From the NCBI GenBank assembly GCA_963976865.1, contig CAXBLY010000001.1:580354-644353 (forward strand): a stretch of 64,000 nt of DNA, given 5' to 3'. The notes under the pieces are model-generated. The model was given only the letters and a program-made list of their open reading frames with translations, had not been told where the DNA came from and searched no databases. This document shows, piece by piece, positions 38,776-49,153 of this stretch. The translations under genes and the position numbers were made by a program. This stretch comes from an uncultured Gammaproteobacteria bacterium. GTDB lineage: Bacteria; Pseudomonadota; Gammaproteobacteria; UBA4575. Position 1 is the first letter of the stretch; each line of letters starts with the position of its first letter.

Positions 38776-39546
38776 CTATGCGCTGTGGATCCATTGATTA
38801 ATCGCAGCCAGCATGTCTGTGTCTGATGGGGTCGCGGCTATTATAGGCAATTTTTTAAACCCAAGAGCTGTTACTTTATTTCCAATTCTGGTGTGTCCAA
38901 CTATTGTTTGACAGCTCAAAAGCGTGCTGTGCAACGATTTCGGCGTTAATGCCAGAAAGTTTTCCACCACCTCGCTGCTGGTAAACAATAGTAGATCAAT
39001 TTTATCGTTGAGTGCGTCCAAATTGACAGCTTTTGGCAAAGTTCTTTGATATACATCAATCGAATGAATAACAGCACCCCTGCTTTTCAGTGTCTCGCGC
39101 AAGAGTTTCCGGCCGCCTTCTCCCTTGACGAATAACACTGATCTTTGTTTAACGTTTTGTAACTCTGGCAATTTTAACAAGGCTTCACTGTCAGAATCTT
39201 CTAACGGGGTTAGTACCTGCTGAATCCCGTAGTCTCGCAAGGCCTGCGCAGTTGAAGTTCCGACGGCTGCAAATTTGCATGATGAGGGTACTTTAACAGT
39301 GAAATCAGGCAATGCTTGCAGTCCATATTGAACGGCATTTGTACTGGTAAAAATAATAAGCTCACAGTGAGATAGGAAATTTTCAAGGTGCGAGCTGTCA
39401 AAATTGTACAGTGGACGTATTTCTATACACGGGAAGGCAACGACATTTGCCCCTAATGAGGTCAATTCAGCACAAATATGTTTATTTTGCTGGTTTGCCC
39501 GGGTAACGACAATGGACGTATTGCTCAAGGGCAATGTCTGATCCAC
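38776..39546 (-). CDS. hemD: uroporphyrinogen-III synthase
   Basis: 256 aa HEM4-type protein, positioned between hemC and hemX. Confidence 0.8.
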   Translation of the reverse strand: MDQTLPLSNTSIVVTRANQQNKHICAELTSLGANVVAFPCIEIRPLYNFDSSHLENFLSHCELIIFTSTNAVQYGLQALPDFTVKVPSSCKFAAVGTSTAQALRDYGIQQVLTPLEDSDSEALLKLPELQNVKQRSVLFVKGEGGRKLLRETLKSRGAVIHSIDVYQRTLPKAVNLDALNDKIDLLLFTSSEVVENFLALTPKSLHSTLLSCQTIVGHTRIGNKVTALGFKKLPIIAATPSDTDMLAAINQWIHSA

Positions 39547-39552
39547 CGGGTC

Positions 39553-40476
39553 TTACTCTTCTCGCAAGGAATCTACCAGTTCACTAGCACCCTGTTCGAT
39601 GAGCTGATTGACTACTTGTTGAATAATCTGCGCAATTTCGTCATGTGGGCCAAAGGCCGAAGCACGAATAATTTTGCTGCCACCAGGCAGCCCAACTAAT
39701 GCCTGAAGCGTTAATGAGTCAGCTGATTGGGTAGCATGCGCCGCAATTGGTAAATGGCAGTTAGCTGATAATGCAGTACTGATTCCCCGTTCAGCAATGA
39801 CACACATTGACGTGGCATCGTGATGCAAGGGTGCCAGAATTTCCCTGGTGGCAGTGTCGTTATCTCTGCATTCAATGCCAATGGCGCCCTGACCGATAGC
39901 AGGAAGGCTTGTGTCGGTATCAAGGAAAGCTGCAATCCGTGTTTCAAAACCCAGACGTTTAAGCCCGGCGCTAGCCAGGATAATGGCATCGTAGTCACCA
40001 TCATCAAGTTTTTTTAATCGGGTATTCACATTACCACGCAGCGGCTGAATGTTTAGATTGCTGTGTGATGCGCGCACCTGGCACTCACGTCGTGTGCTGG
40101 ATGTGCCGACAACTGCCCCGGCAGGCAATTCATCGAGTGACTTGTATTTATTGGAGACAAATGCATCGCGAGGGTCTTCACGTTCCAGTATAGCGTGAAT
40201 TTCAAGTGACGCGGGTAGCTCGTAAGGAACATCTTTCATCGAATGTACTGCGATGTCAGCGTTATTATCCAGCAGACACTGCTCCAGCTCTTTGACAAAC
40301 AGCCCCTTGCCGCCGGCAGCTGCAAGTGATGCCTGAAGAAAGCGATCTCCTTCCGTGGTCATACCGATAATTTCGACGTCGAGATCAGGGTGATGCAGGG
40401 ATAATAATCGCGAAACCTCATTCGCCTGCCAGAGGGCGAGTTGGCTTTCACGCGTAGCTATTCGAATGCGTGACAT
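39553..40476 (-). CDS. hemC: hydroxymethylbilane synthase (porphobilinogen deaminase)
   Basis: RIATRESQLALWQANEV...GGKGLFVKELE is the diagnostic HemC N-terminus, with a dipyrromethane cofactor Cys region. 307 aa. Confidence 0.93.
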   Translation of the reverse strand: MSRIRIATRESQLALWQANEVSRLLSLHHPDLDVEIIGMTTEGDRFLQASLAAAGGKGLFVKELEQCLLDNNADIAVHSMKDVPYELPASLEIHAILEREDPRDAFVSNKYKSLDELPAGAVVGTSSTRRECQVRASHSNLNIQPLRGNVNTRLKKLDDGDYDAIILASAGLKRLGFETRIAAFLDTDTSLPAIGQGAIGIECRDNDTATREILAPLHHDATSMCVIAERGISTALSANCHLPIAAHATQSADSLTLQALVGLPGGSKIIRASAFGPHDEIAQIIQQVVNQLIEQGASELVDSLREE

Positions 40477-40510
40477 TTGTTCAGATTATGTATGGGATAA
40501 CGCGAACGGC

Positions 40511-41242
40511 TTATCTGAATTTCAGGAATTTACGCACTTCGGCGACATGTCGGCGGCTGATTTCGAGCTTGTCTGTAATTTCTTTAAAACTGACGACAAA
40601 ACGACCATCAATATTCTTTTCCATGCCAGTGATGTAGTTGGTGCTAACCAGAGCATTGCGGTGTATTCGAATAAGGCGGTCTTCGAATTCAGTTTCCAGA
40701 TTTTTAAGTGCATCTTCAATTAAGACTTCACCACCTAAATGACGCACAGTGATGTATTTTTGATCAGCCTGAAAGTAAACAATTTCGTCAACGGGTATTA
40801 GCTCGAGATTGCCTCGAATGCGCGCACATATATGGCTGCGGCCAGTATTATTGGTTTCGATATTTAGCGCAGCTATTTGCGCTTTGGTTAATTTTCTTGC
40901 CTTGGCAAGAGACTTTTCCAGTTTTTCCTGACGAATTGGCTTCACCAGGTAATCCACCGCGTTGGCATCGTAGGCTTCCAGGGCATGTTCACTGTATGCA
41001 GTTGTAAATATGATCGCTGGTGGTTCATCCATTTCACTTAAGTGACGGGCAGCTTCAAGTCCGTCCATGCCAGGCATACGAATGTCCATTAGTACTACAT
41101 CAGGATGAGAATCTTGTACCATTCGGACTGCTTCCAGGCCATTTGATGCCTGTCCGCTGGTTTCCATGCTGTCTATGGAAGAAACCATATGAATTAATCG
41201 ATCACGTGCTGGTGCTTCATCATCCACAATTAAAACTTTCAT
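40511..41242 (-). CDS. algR: LytTR-family two-component response regulator (AlgR-like)
   Basis: CheY-like receiver (VLIVDDE...MDIRMPGMDG) plus a C-terminal LytTR DNA-binding domain. Position upstream of hemC mirrors Pseudomonas algR. Confidence 0.8.
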   Translation of the reverse strand: MKVLIVDDEAPARDRLIHMVSSIDSMETSGQASNGLEAVRMVQDSHPDVVLMDIRMPGMDGLEAARHLSEMDEPPAIIFTTAYSEHALEAYDANAVDYLVKPIRQEKLEKSLAKARKLTKAQIAALNIETNNTGRSHICARIRGNLELIPVDEIVYFQADQKYITVRHLGGEVLIEDALKNLETEFEDRLIRIHRNALVSTNYITGMEKNIDGRFVVSFKEITDKLEISRRHVAEVRKFLKFR

Positions 41243-41260
41243 TTATATATGCCTCGTTAA

Positions 41261-42340
41261 TTACGACTCTATGGGAATATGGAAACTGACTGAATAATTT
41301 TTATCAGACTCTTTAATTTTCATCTTGGACTGATCGCCATATGCGAGCTGCAGGCGCTGACGGATATTATCCTGAGCCATTTTATTGCCAGAACGAAGAG
41401 GATCACGTTCCAAGGGTTTTGGGTTCGTGATGGTAAGCTGCAGTTCCCGCGCTGTACTCTCGATCTCAATTCGGACTGTCCCCCCATCTGTCAATGGTTC
41501 TACACCATGATATATCGCATTTTCTACTAAAGGTTGCAAGATCAATGCGGGTATGAGTGTGCTTAAACTGAGACTATCTTGCAAGTGTAATTCGATTTTT
41601 AGTCGGTTTCCAAGCCTGAGTTCTTCGATACTGATGTATCGTTTGGTGAATTCCAGTTCCTCGCGCAGGGTCACTTTGTCCTGATGCCCCAAAGAGGCGC
41701 GAAACAGATCGGCCAGGTCGAGTACGGCTTTTTCTGCCTTTACGGGATCGGTTTGTGTCAGGCTGGCAATAGTATTCATACTGTTAAACAGGAAATGTGG
41801 GCGAATTCTTGCCTGTAATGCCTGGATTCTGGAGCGTGCCTCAGTCTGGATGTTGGATTTCCATTGATGCTGGACATAGAAATAACGTAAAGCAACCGCA
41901 CTGACAATGGCACTGATGGCAATGTTTCTGAGCAGAAAGCCATTCATGAAGATCGAGTCGTCCGTTGTAAGCAACGTGGTTTCCTGAGGTGTTGTCACTA
42001 CGGCAATGACAGAGATAATAAATGTCACCAGTAAACTCAGGCCATAGCACGAAAAAGCAGAAACGATCGGTGTTAATCCCAGCAGAAATTTCCTGGTTAC
42101 GCATAATACGAGGATGTTTCCCAGTGCAATCCATACAATAAACAGAGCAATCATGGACAGGCTTACCCAGTAGTCTTTTCCGGGTTGCATGGAGGATAGT
42201 GAGAGCACAAAAGCTAATAAGATAGCTCCCAGGACAACCAGAAAGATAACCCGTGCATTGCAGAAATCAGGTAAAAAGCTCGGCTCAGGCTGGCTGGCAT
42301 CCTGGTTCTGTGGTCGCTGGGGGGGAGGAGTTCTGGCCAT
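41261..42340 (-). CDS. algZ: sensor histidine kinase of the LytS/AlgZ(FimS) type
   Basis: N-terminal TM helices, His_kinase domain (RPHFLFNSMNTIASL) and a C-terminal HATPase region. Partner of the AlgR-like gene. Confidence 0.75.
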   Translation of the reverse strand: MARTPPPQRPQNQDASQPEPSFLPDFCNARVIFLVVLGAILLAFVLSLSSMQPGKDYWVSLSMIALFIVWIALGNILVLCVTRKFLLGLTPIVSAFSCYGLSLLVTFIISVIAVVTTPQETTLLTTDDSIFMNGFLLRNIAISAIVSAVALRYFYVQHQWKSNIQTEARSRIQALQARIRPHFLFNSMNTIASLTQTDPVKAEKAVLDLADLFRASLGHQDKVTLREELEFTKRYISIEELRLGNRLKIELHLQDSLSLSTLIPALILQPLVENAIYHGVEPLTDGGTVRIEIESTARELQLTITNPKPLERDPLRSGNKMAQDNIRQRLQLAYGDQSKMKIKESDKNYSVSFHIPIES

Positions 42341-42432
42341 TTATTTTAGTTTTGTATGTTTAGTCAGCAAGATTATTTTTTCAGGACTACATTCATAGGT
42401 ATACTCACGCCACATTTGATCGATTAGCCGTT

Positions 42433-43860
42433 ATGTCTGAAAACAAAAACGATAAAAAAGCCAGTTCCCAACAAGCCAAACCTGATGGAAGTAAACCGTG
42501 GGGTGGACGTTTTACTGAGTCGACAGATGCATTCGTGGAAGAATTTACGGCATCTGTGGCATTTGATCAACGAATGTATGCCCAGGATATTGCTGGATCA
42601 CAAGCGCATGCACGAATGTTGGCCAGAATAAAAGTGCTTACAGCTGATGAATGTAATGCCATTGTTACTGCACTTGATGAAATTCGCAGTGAAGTTGAGG
42701 CGGGTGAATTTGACTGGCGTGTAGATCTTGAAGACGTGCATATGAATATCGAGTCTCGCCTGGTTGCTAAAATTGGTGAGCCGGGTAAAAAGCTGCATAC
42801 GGGCAGATCCAGAAATGATCAGGTGGCGACTGACATCAGGCTATATTTACGAGAACAAATAGACATTATAGATGCCGAGCTTAAACGCATGCAGCTTGCG
42901 ATACTGGATATGGCCGAAAAAGAAGCGGATACCCTGATGCCCGGCTTTACCCACTTGCAGGTTGCGCAGGTTATCACCGTGGGCCATCACTTAATGGCCT
43001 GGTTTGAAATGTTGACCAGGGATCGTGGACGTTTATCAGATTGCAGAAAACGCGTTAATGTCATGCCATTAGGCTCTGCTGCGCTGGCAGGAACGCCCTT
43101 TCCTCTGGATCGTGATTACGTTGCTGAGCAACTGGGTTTTGATTCCATCACCAAGAATTCACTGGATGCCGTGAGTGACCGTGATTTTGCCATTGAGTTT
43201 TGTTCATTTGCGTCGTTGCTGCTGATGCATCTGTCGCGCATGTCAGAAGAACTTGTATTGTGGGCCTCGCAGCAATTTGAATTTATTGAGCTTCCTGACC
43301 GTTTCTGCACTGGCTCATCCATCATGCCGCAGAAGAAAAATCCTGACGTCCCGGAACTTGTGCGAGGTAAGAGTGGGCGTGTATTTGGTAATTTAATGTC
43401 GCTACTTACCTTAATGAAGTCACAGGTACTGGCATACAATAAAGATAATCAGGAAGATAAAGAGCCTCTGTTCGATACAATTGATGCAGTAACGGGTAGC
43501 GTGCGTGTTTATGCAGACATGATCCCGCATATAATTTTTAAAGCAGACAATCTTGCACAGGCTGTTAATAAAGGCTACGCCACTGCGACTGATCTGGCGG
43601 ATTATCTGGTCGCAAAAGGTGTTGCATTTCGTGATGCACATGAGATTGTGGGTCGCGCAGTACGTATGGCGATCGATGAGGGTAAGGAATTACCACACTT
43701 AACCATAGAACAGTACCGGTCAATATCTGAGGTTATTGCCGAAGATGTTTATCCTGTGCTGCAGACACGTGGTTCTGCAGAGTCCAAGCGGGTTACTGGC
43801 GGTACGAACCCGGACCAGGTTCGCAAGCAAATACAGGCTGCCCGTGAATCTGTCGACTAG
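42433..43860 (+). CDS. argH: argininosuccinate lyase
   Basis: Fumarate-lyase signature [12 protein letters not shown] and the ArgH N-terminus WGGRFTES. 475 aa. Confidence 0.95.
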   Translation: MSENKNDKKASSQQAKPDGSKPWGGRFTESTDAFVEEFTASVAFDQRMYAQDIAGSQAHARMLARIKVLTADECNAIVTALDEIRSEVEAGEFDWRVDLEDVHMNIESRLVAKIGEPGKKLHTGRSRNDQVATDIRLYLREQIDIIDAELKRMQLAILDMAEKEADTLMPGFTHLQVAQVITVGHHLMAWFEMLTRDRGRLSDCRKRVNVMPLGSAALAGTPFPLDRDYVAEQLGFDSITKNSLDAVSDRDFAIEFCSFASLLLMHLSRMSEELVLWASQQFEFIELPDRFCTGSSIMPQKKNPDVPELVRGKSGRVFGNLMSLLTLMKSQVLAYNKDNQEDKEPLFDTIDAVTGSVRVYADMIPHIIFKADNLAQAVNKGYATATDLADYLVAKGVAFRDAHEIVGRAVRMAIDEGKELPHLTIEQYRSISEVIAEDVYPVLQTRGSAESKRVTGGTNPDQVRKQIQAARESVD

Positions 43861-44540
43861 CGCGATAGTTTGTTAATTATCCACGTTCGAATATCGAGAA
43901 TTTGCGCATCACATAACTGGTGAGCCATAGGATAGGCATGCCAGACTAATCTGGTGCCAAGTGCTAGGAGTATGCCCCTGGCAAGATCGCCTACATCAAT
44001 AGGAAGAACTTCGTCATGAGCCCCGTGTGCCATGAAAATATTATGATCTATCACCCTGTCTTTTTTTGCATCAGGTGCTAAATGACGTAGTGGTAAATAA
44101 GTGGACAATGCAATGACGCCTCCGATAGGAACATTGCCATGTAGTAATGTATGCAAGGTTAATGCACCACCTTGTGAGAAGCCCGCTAATATAATTCTGT
44201 CGGGATCAAGATGTGCAAATTTAGACTGGATTAATGATTCAACCGCAAGCATGGATGAATTGATTCCAGCTTCATCTTCTTCTGCTTCCAGGCTCAATTC
44301 TAAAATGTCATACCAGGCATTCATTGATATGCCCTGATTGATTGTCACTGGCTGGACAGGTGCATTGGGAAAAACGAAATGAATTGATAAATCGTCTGGT
44401 AGATTGAGCTGATTCACCATGGGCGTGAAGTCATGTGCATCTGCACCTAAACCATGCAGCCAGATAATTGCGGCATCCGGGTTGCTTCCGTGCATGTCTT
44501 CTAGGTAATCTAATTCCATATCGACTCCATTATAGAACAC
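43857..44540 (-). CDS. alpha/beta-hydrolase carboxylesterase/phospholipase family protein (YpfH-like)
   Basis: Nucleophile elbow GFSQGGA, 227 aa. Stop overlaps the argH stop (convergent). Confidence 0.7.
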   Translation of the reverse strand: MFYNGVDMELDYLEDMHGSNPDAAIIWLHGLGADAHDFTPMVNQLNLPDDLSIHFVFPNAPVQPVTINQGISMNAWYDILELSLEAEEDEAGINSSMLAVESLIQSKFAHLDPDRIILAGFSQGGALTLHTLLHGNVPIGGVIALSTYLPLRHLAPDAKKDRVIDHNIFMAHGAHDEVLPIDVGDLARGILLALGTRLVWHAYPMAHQLCDAQILDIRTWIINKLSR

Positions 44541-44615
44541 TATATTATATCTGTGCGTACATCGTTATAATTGCACGCTGATAATTTATCTCTGACATAA
44601 AACAGGTAGAGTAAC

Positions 44616-44762
44616 TTGAATCGAATCACCTTAGTGCTGTTATTGCTGGCTAGCATGATGATCTTCAGTGCCTGTGGCCAATATGGCCCACTGTATGCGC
44701 CAATCGAGGAAACTACACCAGAAAAGCCAGAAGGTTCTGAGGATCAGGCAGAAAAACAATAA
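44616..44762 (+). CDS. lptM: LptM (YifL/LppL)-like small lipoprotein, 48 aa
   Basis: Translates as LNRITLVLLLLASMMIFSACGQYGPLYAPIEE..., with lipobox FSAC followed by GxYGPLY, matching E. coli LptM (LTGCGLKGPLYFP). TTG start after AGGTAGAG. Conserved position immediately upstream of lysA and dapF. Missed by the ORF track. Confidence 0.6.
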   Translation: MNRITLVLLLLASMMIFSACGQYGPLYAPIEETTPEKPEGSEDQAEKQ

Positions 44763-44826
44763 TCTGTTTTTTTCTCATCAAGACAATTACAAGAATACAA
44801 GCTCAAATTACACAACAGGCGCTAAA

Positions 44827-46092
44827 GTGAATCAATTTCCTGGTTTTGAATATCGACAAGACAAGCTATTTGTTGAAGACGTTGATATTCCTCGCATGGC
44901 GCTTCAGTACGGCACGCCACTATATGTTTACTCCAAAACTGCGTTGACTTCTCGCTGGGTAGAATTATGTACGGCGTTTTCTTCTGTAGACTTTTTGCCC
45001 TGCTATGCCGTTAAAGCCAATTCCAATATCGCCATCTTGCAAATGCTGGCTCAATGGGGTGCAGGATTTGATATTGTTTCTGTGGGTGAGCTGGAACGCG
45101 TACTGAAAGCGGGTGGTGACGCGCGCAAAATAATGTTCTCAGGTGTCGCAAAGAGAGAAGATGAGATCCGTAAAGCAATTCATTGCCAGATTGGCTGCAT
45201 CAATGTTGAGTCAGAATATGAATTGAAGCAAATTTGTACCATCGCAGCAGATATGAAAATGCATGTGAATGTGTCGCTTAGAATTAATCCTGATGTCAAT
45301 CCAAACACGCATCCTTATATTTCAACGGGTCTGAAAGAAAGCAAGTTTGGAATCACCAGTGAACTGGCCCTTGGCTTGTATGCATCAATCAAGGATCACC
45401 CATGGGTGAGGCCGGTTGGTGTTGATTGTCATATAGGATCGCAGATCACCGAGACCCAGCCCTACATTGATGCTGCCAGGCACGTGTTTGCGTTTGTGGA
45501 AAAACTGGAACAGATGGGTATAACGCTAAAGCACATCGATCTGGGTGGTGGTTTTGGTATTACTTACGATAGCGAAGCGCCCCCTGAATTTAGTCAATAT
45601 GCAGAAGTTATCAAGCCATTCTTTGAGAGTAAAAGTTATCAGCTAGTGCTCGAACCAGGAAGGTCAATAGTCGCAAATGCAGGTGCGCTGGTGACGAAGG
45701 TTGAATATATAAAAAATATAGAAGTGAATGAGTTTGTGCTGGTGGATGCAGCGATGAATGATTTAATTCGCCCCGCATTGTATCAAGCCTGGCACACAGT
45801 ATTGCCGGTAACGCTTAAGGCCAACCGGGCAGAAAAGGTTTATGACATTGTTGGTCCTGTCTGCGAAAGCGGCGATTTTTTTGCCAAGAAACGTCAAATG
45901 AAAGAACTCCAGCCTGGAGAGTTGCTTGGAGTCATGTCAGCAGGTGCGTATGCCATGACCATGGCAAGTAATTACAATACGCGCCAGCGTCCATGTGAGT
46001 TGATGGTAGATGGTGATAATGTTCATTTAATCAGACGCAGAGATGCGATTGACGAACTTTGGCAGAATGAAATCTTGTTGCCTGCAGATTAG
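44827..46092 (+). CDS. lysA: diaminopimelate decarboxylase
   Basis: PLP-dependent Orn/DAP decarboxylase fold (YAVKANSN, GGGFG, CESGD). Start set at the GTG (VNQFPGFEYRQDKLF) by alignment to LysA N-termini. The ORF-track start at 44668 would overlap lptM. Confidence 0.9.
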   Translation: MNQFPGFEYRQDKLFVEDVDIPRMALQYGTPLYVYSKTALTSRWVELCTAFSSVDFLPCYAVKANSNIAILQMLAQWGAGFDIVSVGELERVLKAGGDARKIMFSGVAKREDEIRKAIHCQIGCINVESEYELKQICTIAADMKMHVNVSLRINPDVNPNTHPYISTGLKESKFGITSELALGLYASIKDHPWVRPVGVDCHIGSQITETQPYIDAARHVFAFVEKLEQMGITLKHIDLGGGFGITYDSEAPPEFSQYAEVIKPFFESKSYQLVLEPGRSIVANAGALVTKVEYIKNIEVNEFVLVDAAMNDLIRPALYQAWHTVLPVTLKANRAEKVYDIVGPVCESGDFFAKKRQMKELQPGELLGVMSAGAYAMTMASNYNTRQRPCELMVDGDNVHLIRRRDAIDELWQNEILLPAD

Positions 46093-46127
46093 TTTGATGA
46101 ATAAGCGACTTATGCAGGGCTTATAGA

Positions 46128-46550
46128 ATGGATGATCAACTCATTGCAGAGTTGCTTCAAAATGTTAATACAATTGCGGTGATAGGGTTGTCCCCAAAAA
46201 AGCACCGTGCAAGTCACCGGGTTGCGAAATATTTGCAGGAATTTTCCTATGAGGTAATACCAGTGCGTCCAGTCGCCAAAACTATACTGGGCCAGACTGT
46301 ATATAGGACGTTGGAAGATATTCCATTCAAAGTGGATCTGGTTAATGTTTTTCGTGCACCAAAATCGATTCCGGATATTGTCGATTCGTGTATTAGTCTG
46401 GGAATTAATAAAATCTGGCTGCAGGAAGGTATAATGAATTCAGAAGCTGAAACAAAAGCGCAGCAGGCAGGCATTTCTATGATCTCGGACCGATGCATTT
46501 ATAAAGAAATTGTTCGTATCGGCCAGAATAAAACCAATAAGCAACAATAG
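46128..46550 (+). CDS. CoA-binding domain protein (YccU-like)
   Basis: IAVIGLSPKKHRASHRVAKYL...VIPVRP matches CoA_binding_2. Confidence 0.7.
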   Translation: MDDQLIAELLQNVNTIAVIGLSPKKHRASHRVAKYLQEFSYEVIPVRPVAKTILGQTVYRTLEDIPFKVDLVNVFRAPKSIPDIVDSCISLGINKIWLQEGIMNSEAETKAQQAGISMISDRCIYKEIVRIGQNKTNKQQ

Positions 46551-46584
46551 TGATTAAATAAACCTTCTAACTCACGGAAACGCA

Positions 46585-47412
46585 GTGAAACTTGATTTTG
46601 TAAAAATGCATGGTCTTGGTAATGATTTTGTTTTGCTGGATGGTGTCAGTCAAAATTTAAATTTAACAGCAGATAATATTCGGCATTTGTCTCATAGAAA
46701 GTTTGGTATTGGATGCGATCAACTGCTAATTGCACAAGCATCTGTTAAGGAAGATGTTGATTTTCGTTACCGAATATTTAATAGTGACGGTAGTGAAGTC
46801 GAGCAGTGCGGAAATGGTGCGCGCTGTTTTGCTCAGTTTGTAAGGCGGGTTGGCCTTACTGATAAACAGGTAATCAAGGTTGAAACACTCGCAGGTATTT
46901 TCACTCTGAATATTCGTGATGACATTAATGTCACAGTAGAAATGGGCAGACCTGAATTTGAATCTGAAAAGATTCCTTTTAATGAGCGTAGTGAAAATAA
47001 TGTTTATATGTTTGATGCAGGTGATCAGCATATAGAGTTTGCAGTCGTTTCAATGGGAAATCCGCATGCCGTAATATTTGTGGATGATGTAAACTCTCTG
47101 GATGTACAGGAGATAGGAAGTCAGTTGGAAGTGGATAGTCGATTTCCTAATCGTACTAATGTTCAGTTTGTACAGGTTGAAGACAGACAAAACATAAAGC
47201 AAAGAATATTTGAGCGAGGTGTTGGTGAGACCATGGCAAGTGGTTCCGGGGCCTGCGCTGCTGCTGCAGTCGCACAGCAAAAAAATAGAGTGGATGACAT
47301 GGTTAAGATTACAATGCCGGGTGGGGCGCTGGAAATCCACAGTGATAAAAACGGGTGTCTGTTGATGACAGGGCCAACTGAATTTAGCTTTGAGGGGAGT
47401 GTTTACGTATGA
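46585..47412 (+). CDS. dapF: diaminopimelate epimerase
   Basis: KMHGLGNDFVLLD and catalytic-Cys regions (QCGNGARC, GSGACA). GTG start. Confidence 0.95.
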   Translation: MKLDFVKMHGLGNDFVLLDGVSQNLNLTADNIRHLSHRKFGIGCDQLLIAQASVKEDVDFRYRIFNSDGSEVEQCGNGARCFAQFVRRVGLTDKQVIKVETLAGIFTLNIRDDINVTVEMGRPEFESEKIPFNERSENNVYMFDAGDQHIEFAVVSMGNPHAVIFVDDVNSLDVQEIGSQLEVDSRFPNRTNVQFVQVEDRQNIKQRIFERGVGETMASGSGACAAAAVAQQKNRVDDMVKITMPGGALEIHSDKNGCLLMTGPTEFSFEGSVYV

Positions 47413-48137
47413 CAATTAAGACCGAAGTTCACGCGAGTGCCAATGCGAGTGCCAGGCGCAGTGAAGCGGTGCCATCGATTGATCCAGTGGCGGTTAAAGA
47501 TTATTTATTACAGCATCCAGAATTTTTTAACCAGCACCCTGCTCTTCTGCGTGATCTTGATATTAAACATGAATCCGGTACAGCAGTTTCACTGGTTGAA
47601 CGTCAGATCCAGTTACTACGTGACAAGAACGGTAGTTTGGAAAAAAAGATCCTTCATCTTGTGCAGATTGCTCAGGACAATGAAATTCTGGAAGAACAGC
47701 TACATAGAATCGCACGTCGTTTGATCGAAATTGATCATAACAAGAATATTATCCCCATTATTAATGATCTGCTGAATAACGAGTTTCCATCATTGCAAAT
47801 TCGTCTGGGACTGTATGATGTTGCTCCAGAGTACACTGTGCCCACAGAAAACAATATTACTGCCGCTGACCTGGATTATGTGTTCTATAAACAGATCATT
47901 CAGGAAAATTGCAGAGACTGCATATTCCTGCGCGGTAAAGGACTGGTCGATCTGTTTGTAAAACGGGTTGATGTAAAGTCCGGCGTTGCAATTCCACTGC
48001 GAAGCAACAAGAACTTTGGTGTATTGCTGCTTGGCAGTTCTAATGAGAATCGATTCTACGAAGGGATGGGGACTCTGTTTTTGGAATACCTGGCTGACTT
48101 GCTTAGCCGCAAGCTGAAAAAGCTGCTTAAACAGTAA
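47409..48137 (+). CDS. DUF484 family protein (YigA-like)
   Basis: 242 aa with a GAF-like C-terminus. Conserved dapF-yigA-xerC order. Confidence 0.7.
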   Translation: MTIKTEVHASANASARRSEAVPSIDPVAVKDYLLQHPEFFNQHPALLRDLDIKHESGTAVSLVERQIQLLRDKNGSLEKKILHLVQIAQDNEILEEQLHRIARRLIEIDHNKNIIPIINDLLNNEFPSLQIRLGLYDVAPEYTVPTENNITAADLDYVFYKQIIQENCRDCIFLRGKGLVDLFVKRVDVKSGVAIPLRSNKNFGVLLLGSSNENRFYEGMGTLFLEYLADLLSRKLKKLLKQ

Positions 48138-48143
48138 ACCAGC

Positions 48144-49055
48144 ATGATTGCGAAGATGCATAGTCAGTCTTTACAGGAATACCTGGACTACCTTCGCACC
48201 ATCAAACATTATTCTTCCGCAACGCTGGAAGGTTACCAGCGGGATATTCAGGGCTTCTTCCAGTTCCTGTCAGAACAAAAAATAAGCGACATAACCCGTG
48301 CCAGTATTCACGATATTCGTGCATATATTGCCAGTTGTCACCGCAAGGGTATGGCAGAAAGCAGTATGCAACGCCTGCTTTCATCGTTGCGCGGGTTCTA
48401 TAAACACCTGGTGGTCAATAATCAAATTGGCGCTAATCCCGTAGCAGATGTGCGTGCACCTAAAGGGGCCAGGAAATTGCCTAAAGTACTGGACGTTGAT
48501 CAGGTCGATCGCCTGCTGAGTGGCCGCAATACCACGCCACTGGATGTGCGGGATCAGGCAATGATGGAGTTGATGTATTCATCCGGGCTGCGTTTGTCAG
48601 AACTGGTAAATCTGAATGTACTGGATATGGATCTAAATGCAGGCCAGGTGAAAATTCTTGGTAAAGGGAATAAAACCCGATACTTGCCTATAGGTCGTCA
48701 GGCTAAAGAAGCGCTAAATGCGTGGCTAGTATTGCGAACAGGTCTGGCGCTTGCCGGAGAAGTGGCCGTTTTTGTCAATAATAGAGGATCGAGGCTTTCC
48801 CAGCGTGCGGTACAGAAAAGGATGCGCGAGCATGCAAAGCGCACAGAATTAGGTGTTCATGTTCATCCACATATGATGCGTCATTCATTTGCCAGCCATT
48901 TGCTGGAGTCGAGCGGTGATCTGAGATCTGTGCAGGAACTGCTGGGACATGCGAATATTAGTACTACGCAGGTATATACCCAGCTGGATTTCCAGCATCT
49001 GGCTAAGGTTTATGATCAGGCCCACCCCAGAGCGAGAAAAACGCCCACCAAGTAA
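48144..49055 (+). CDS. xerC: tyrosine recombinase XerC
   Basis: N-terminal SAM-like domain. Catalytic R...HxxR...Y residues (HMMRHSFASHLL, LGHANISTTQVYTQL). Follows dapF-yigA. Confidence 0.9.
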   Translation: MIAKMHSQSLQEYLDYLRTIKHYSSATLEGYQRDIQGFFQFLSEQKISDITRASIHDIRAYIASCHRKGMAESSMQRLLSSLRGFYKHLVVNNQIGANPVADVRAPKGARKLPKVLDVDQVDRLLSGRNTTPLDVRDQAMMELMYSSGLRLSELVNLNVLDMDLNAGQVKILGKGNKTRYLPIGRQAKEALNAWLVLRTGLALAGEVAVFVNNRGSRLSQRAVQKRMREHAKRTELGVHVHPHMMRHSFASHLLESSGDLRSVQELLGHANISTTQVYTQLDFQHLAKVYDQAHPRARKTPTK

Positions 49056-49153
49056 TTATCTCCACAATTCTCTACATTGGTAGATAACCCCGAGCACGCA
49101 GTCGTGTACAATTCGCGCCTATTCAATTTAATGACCAATTTAAAGGCGCAGGC

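Noticed and set aside
44668-44826. N-terminal extension of lysA given in the ORF track (start 44668)
   Set aside because: It overlaps the LptM-like lipoprotein ORF in another frame, and LysA family alignment begins near the GTG at 44827.
49056-49153. Sigma-32 heat-shock promoter upstream of hslVU
   Set aside because: The CCCCGAGCA and TCTCCACAATTC segments only loosely resemble the CCCCATNT and CTTGAAA consensus, with ambiguous spacing. Too weak to call from sequence alone.
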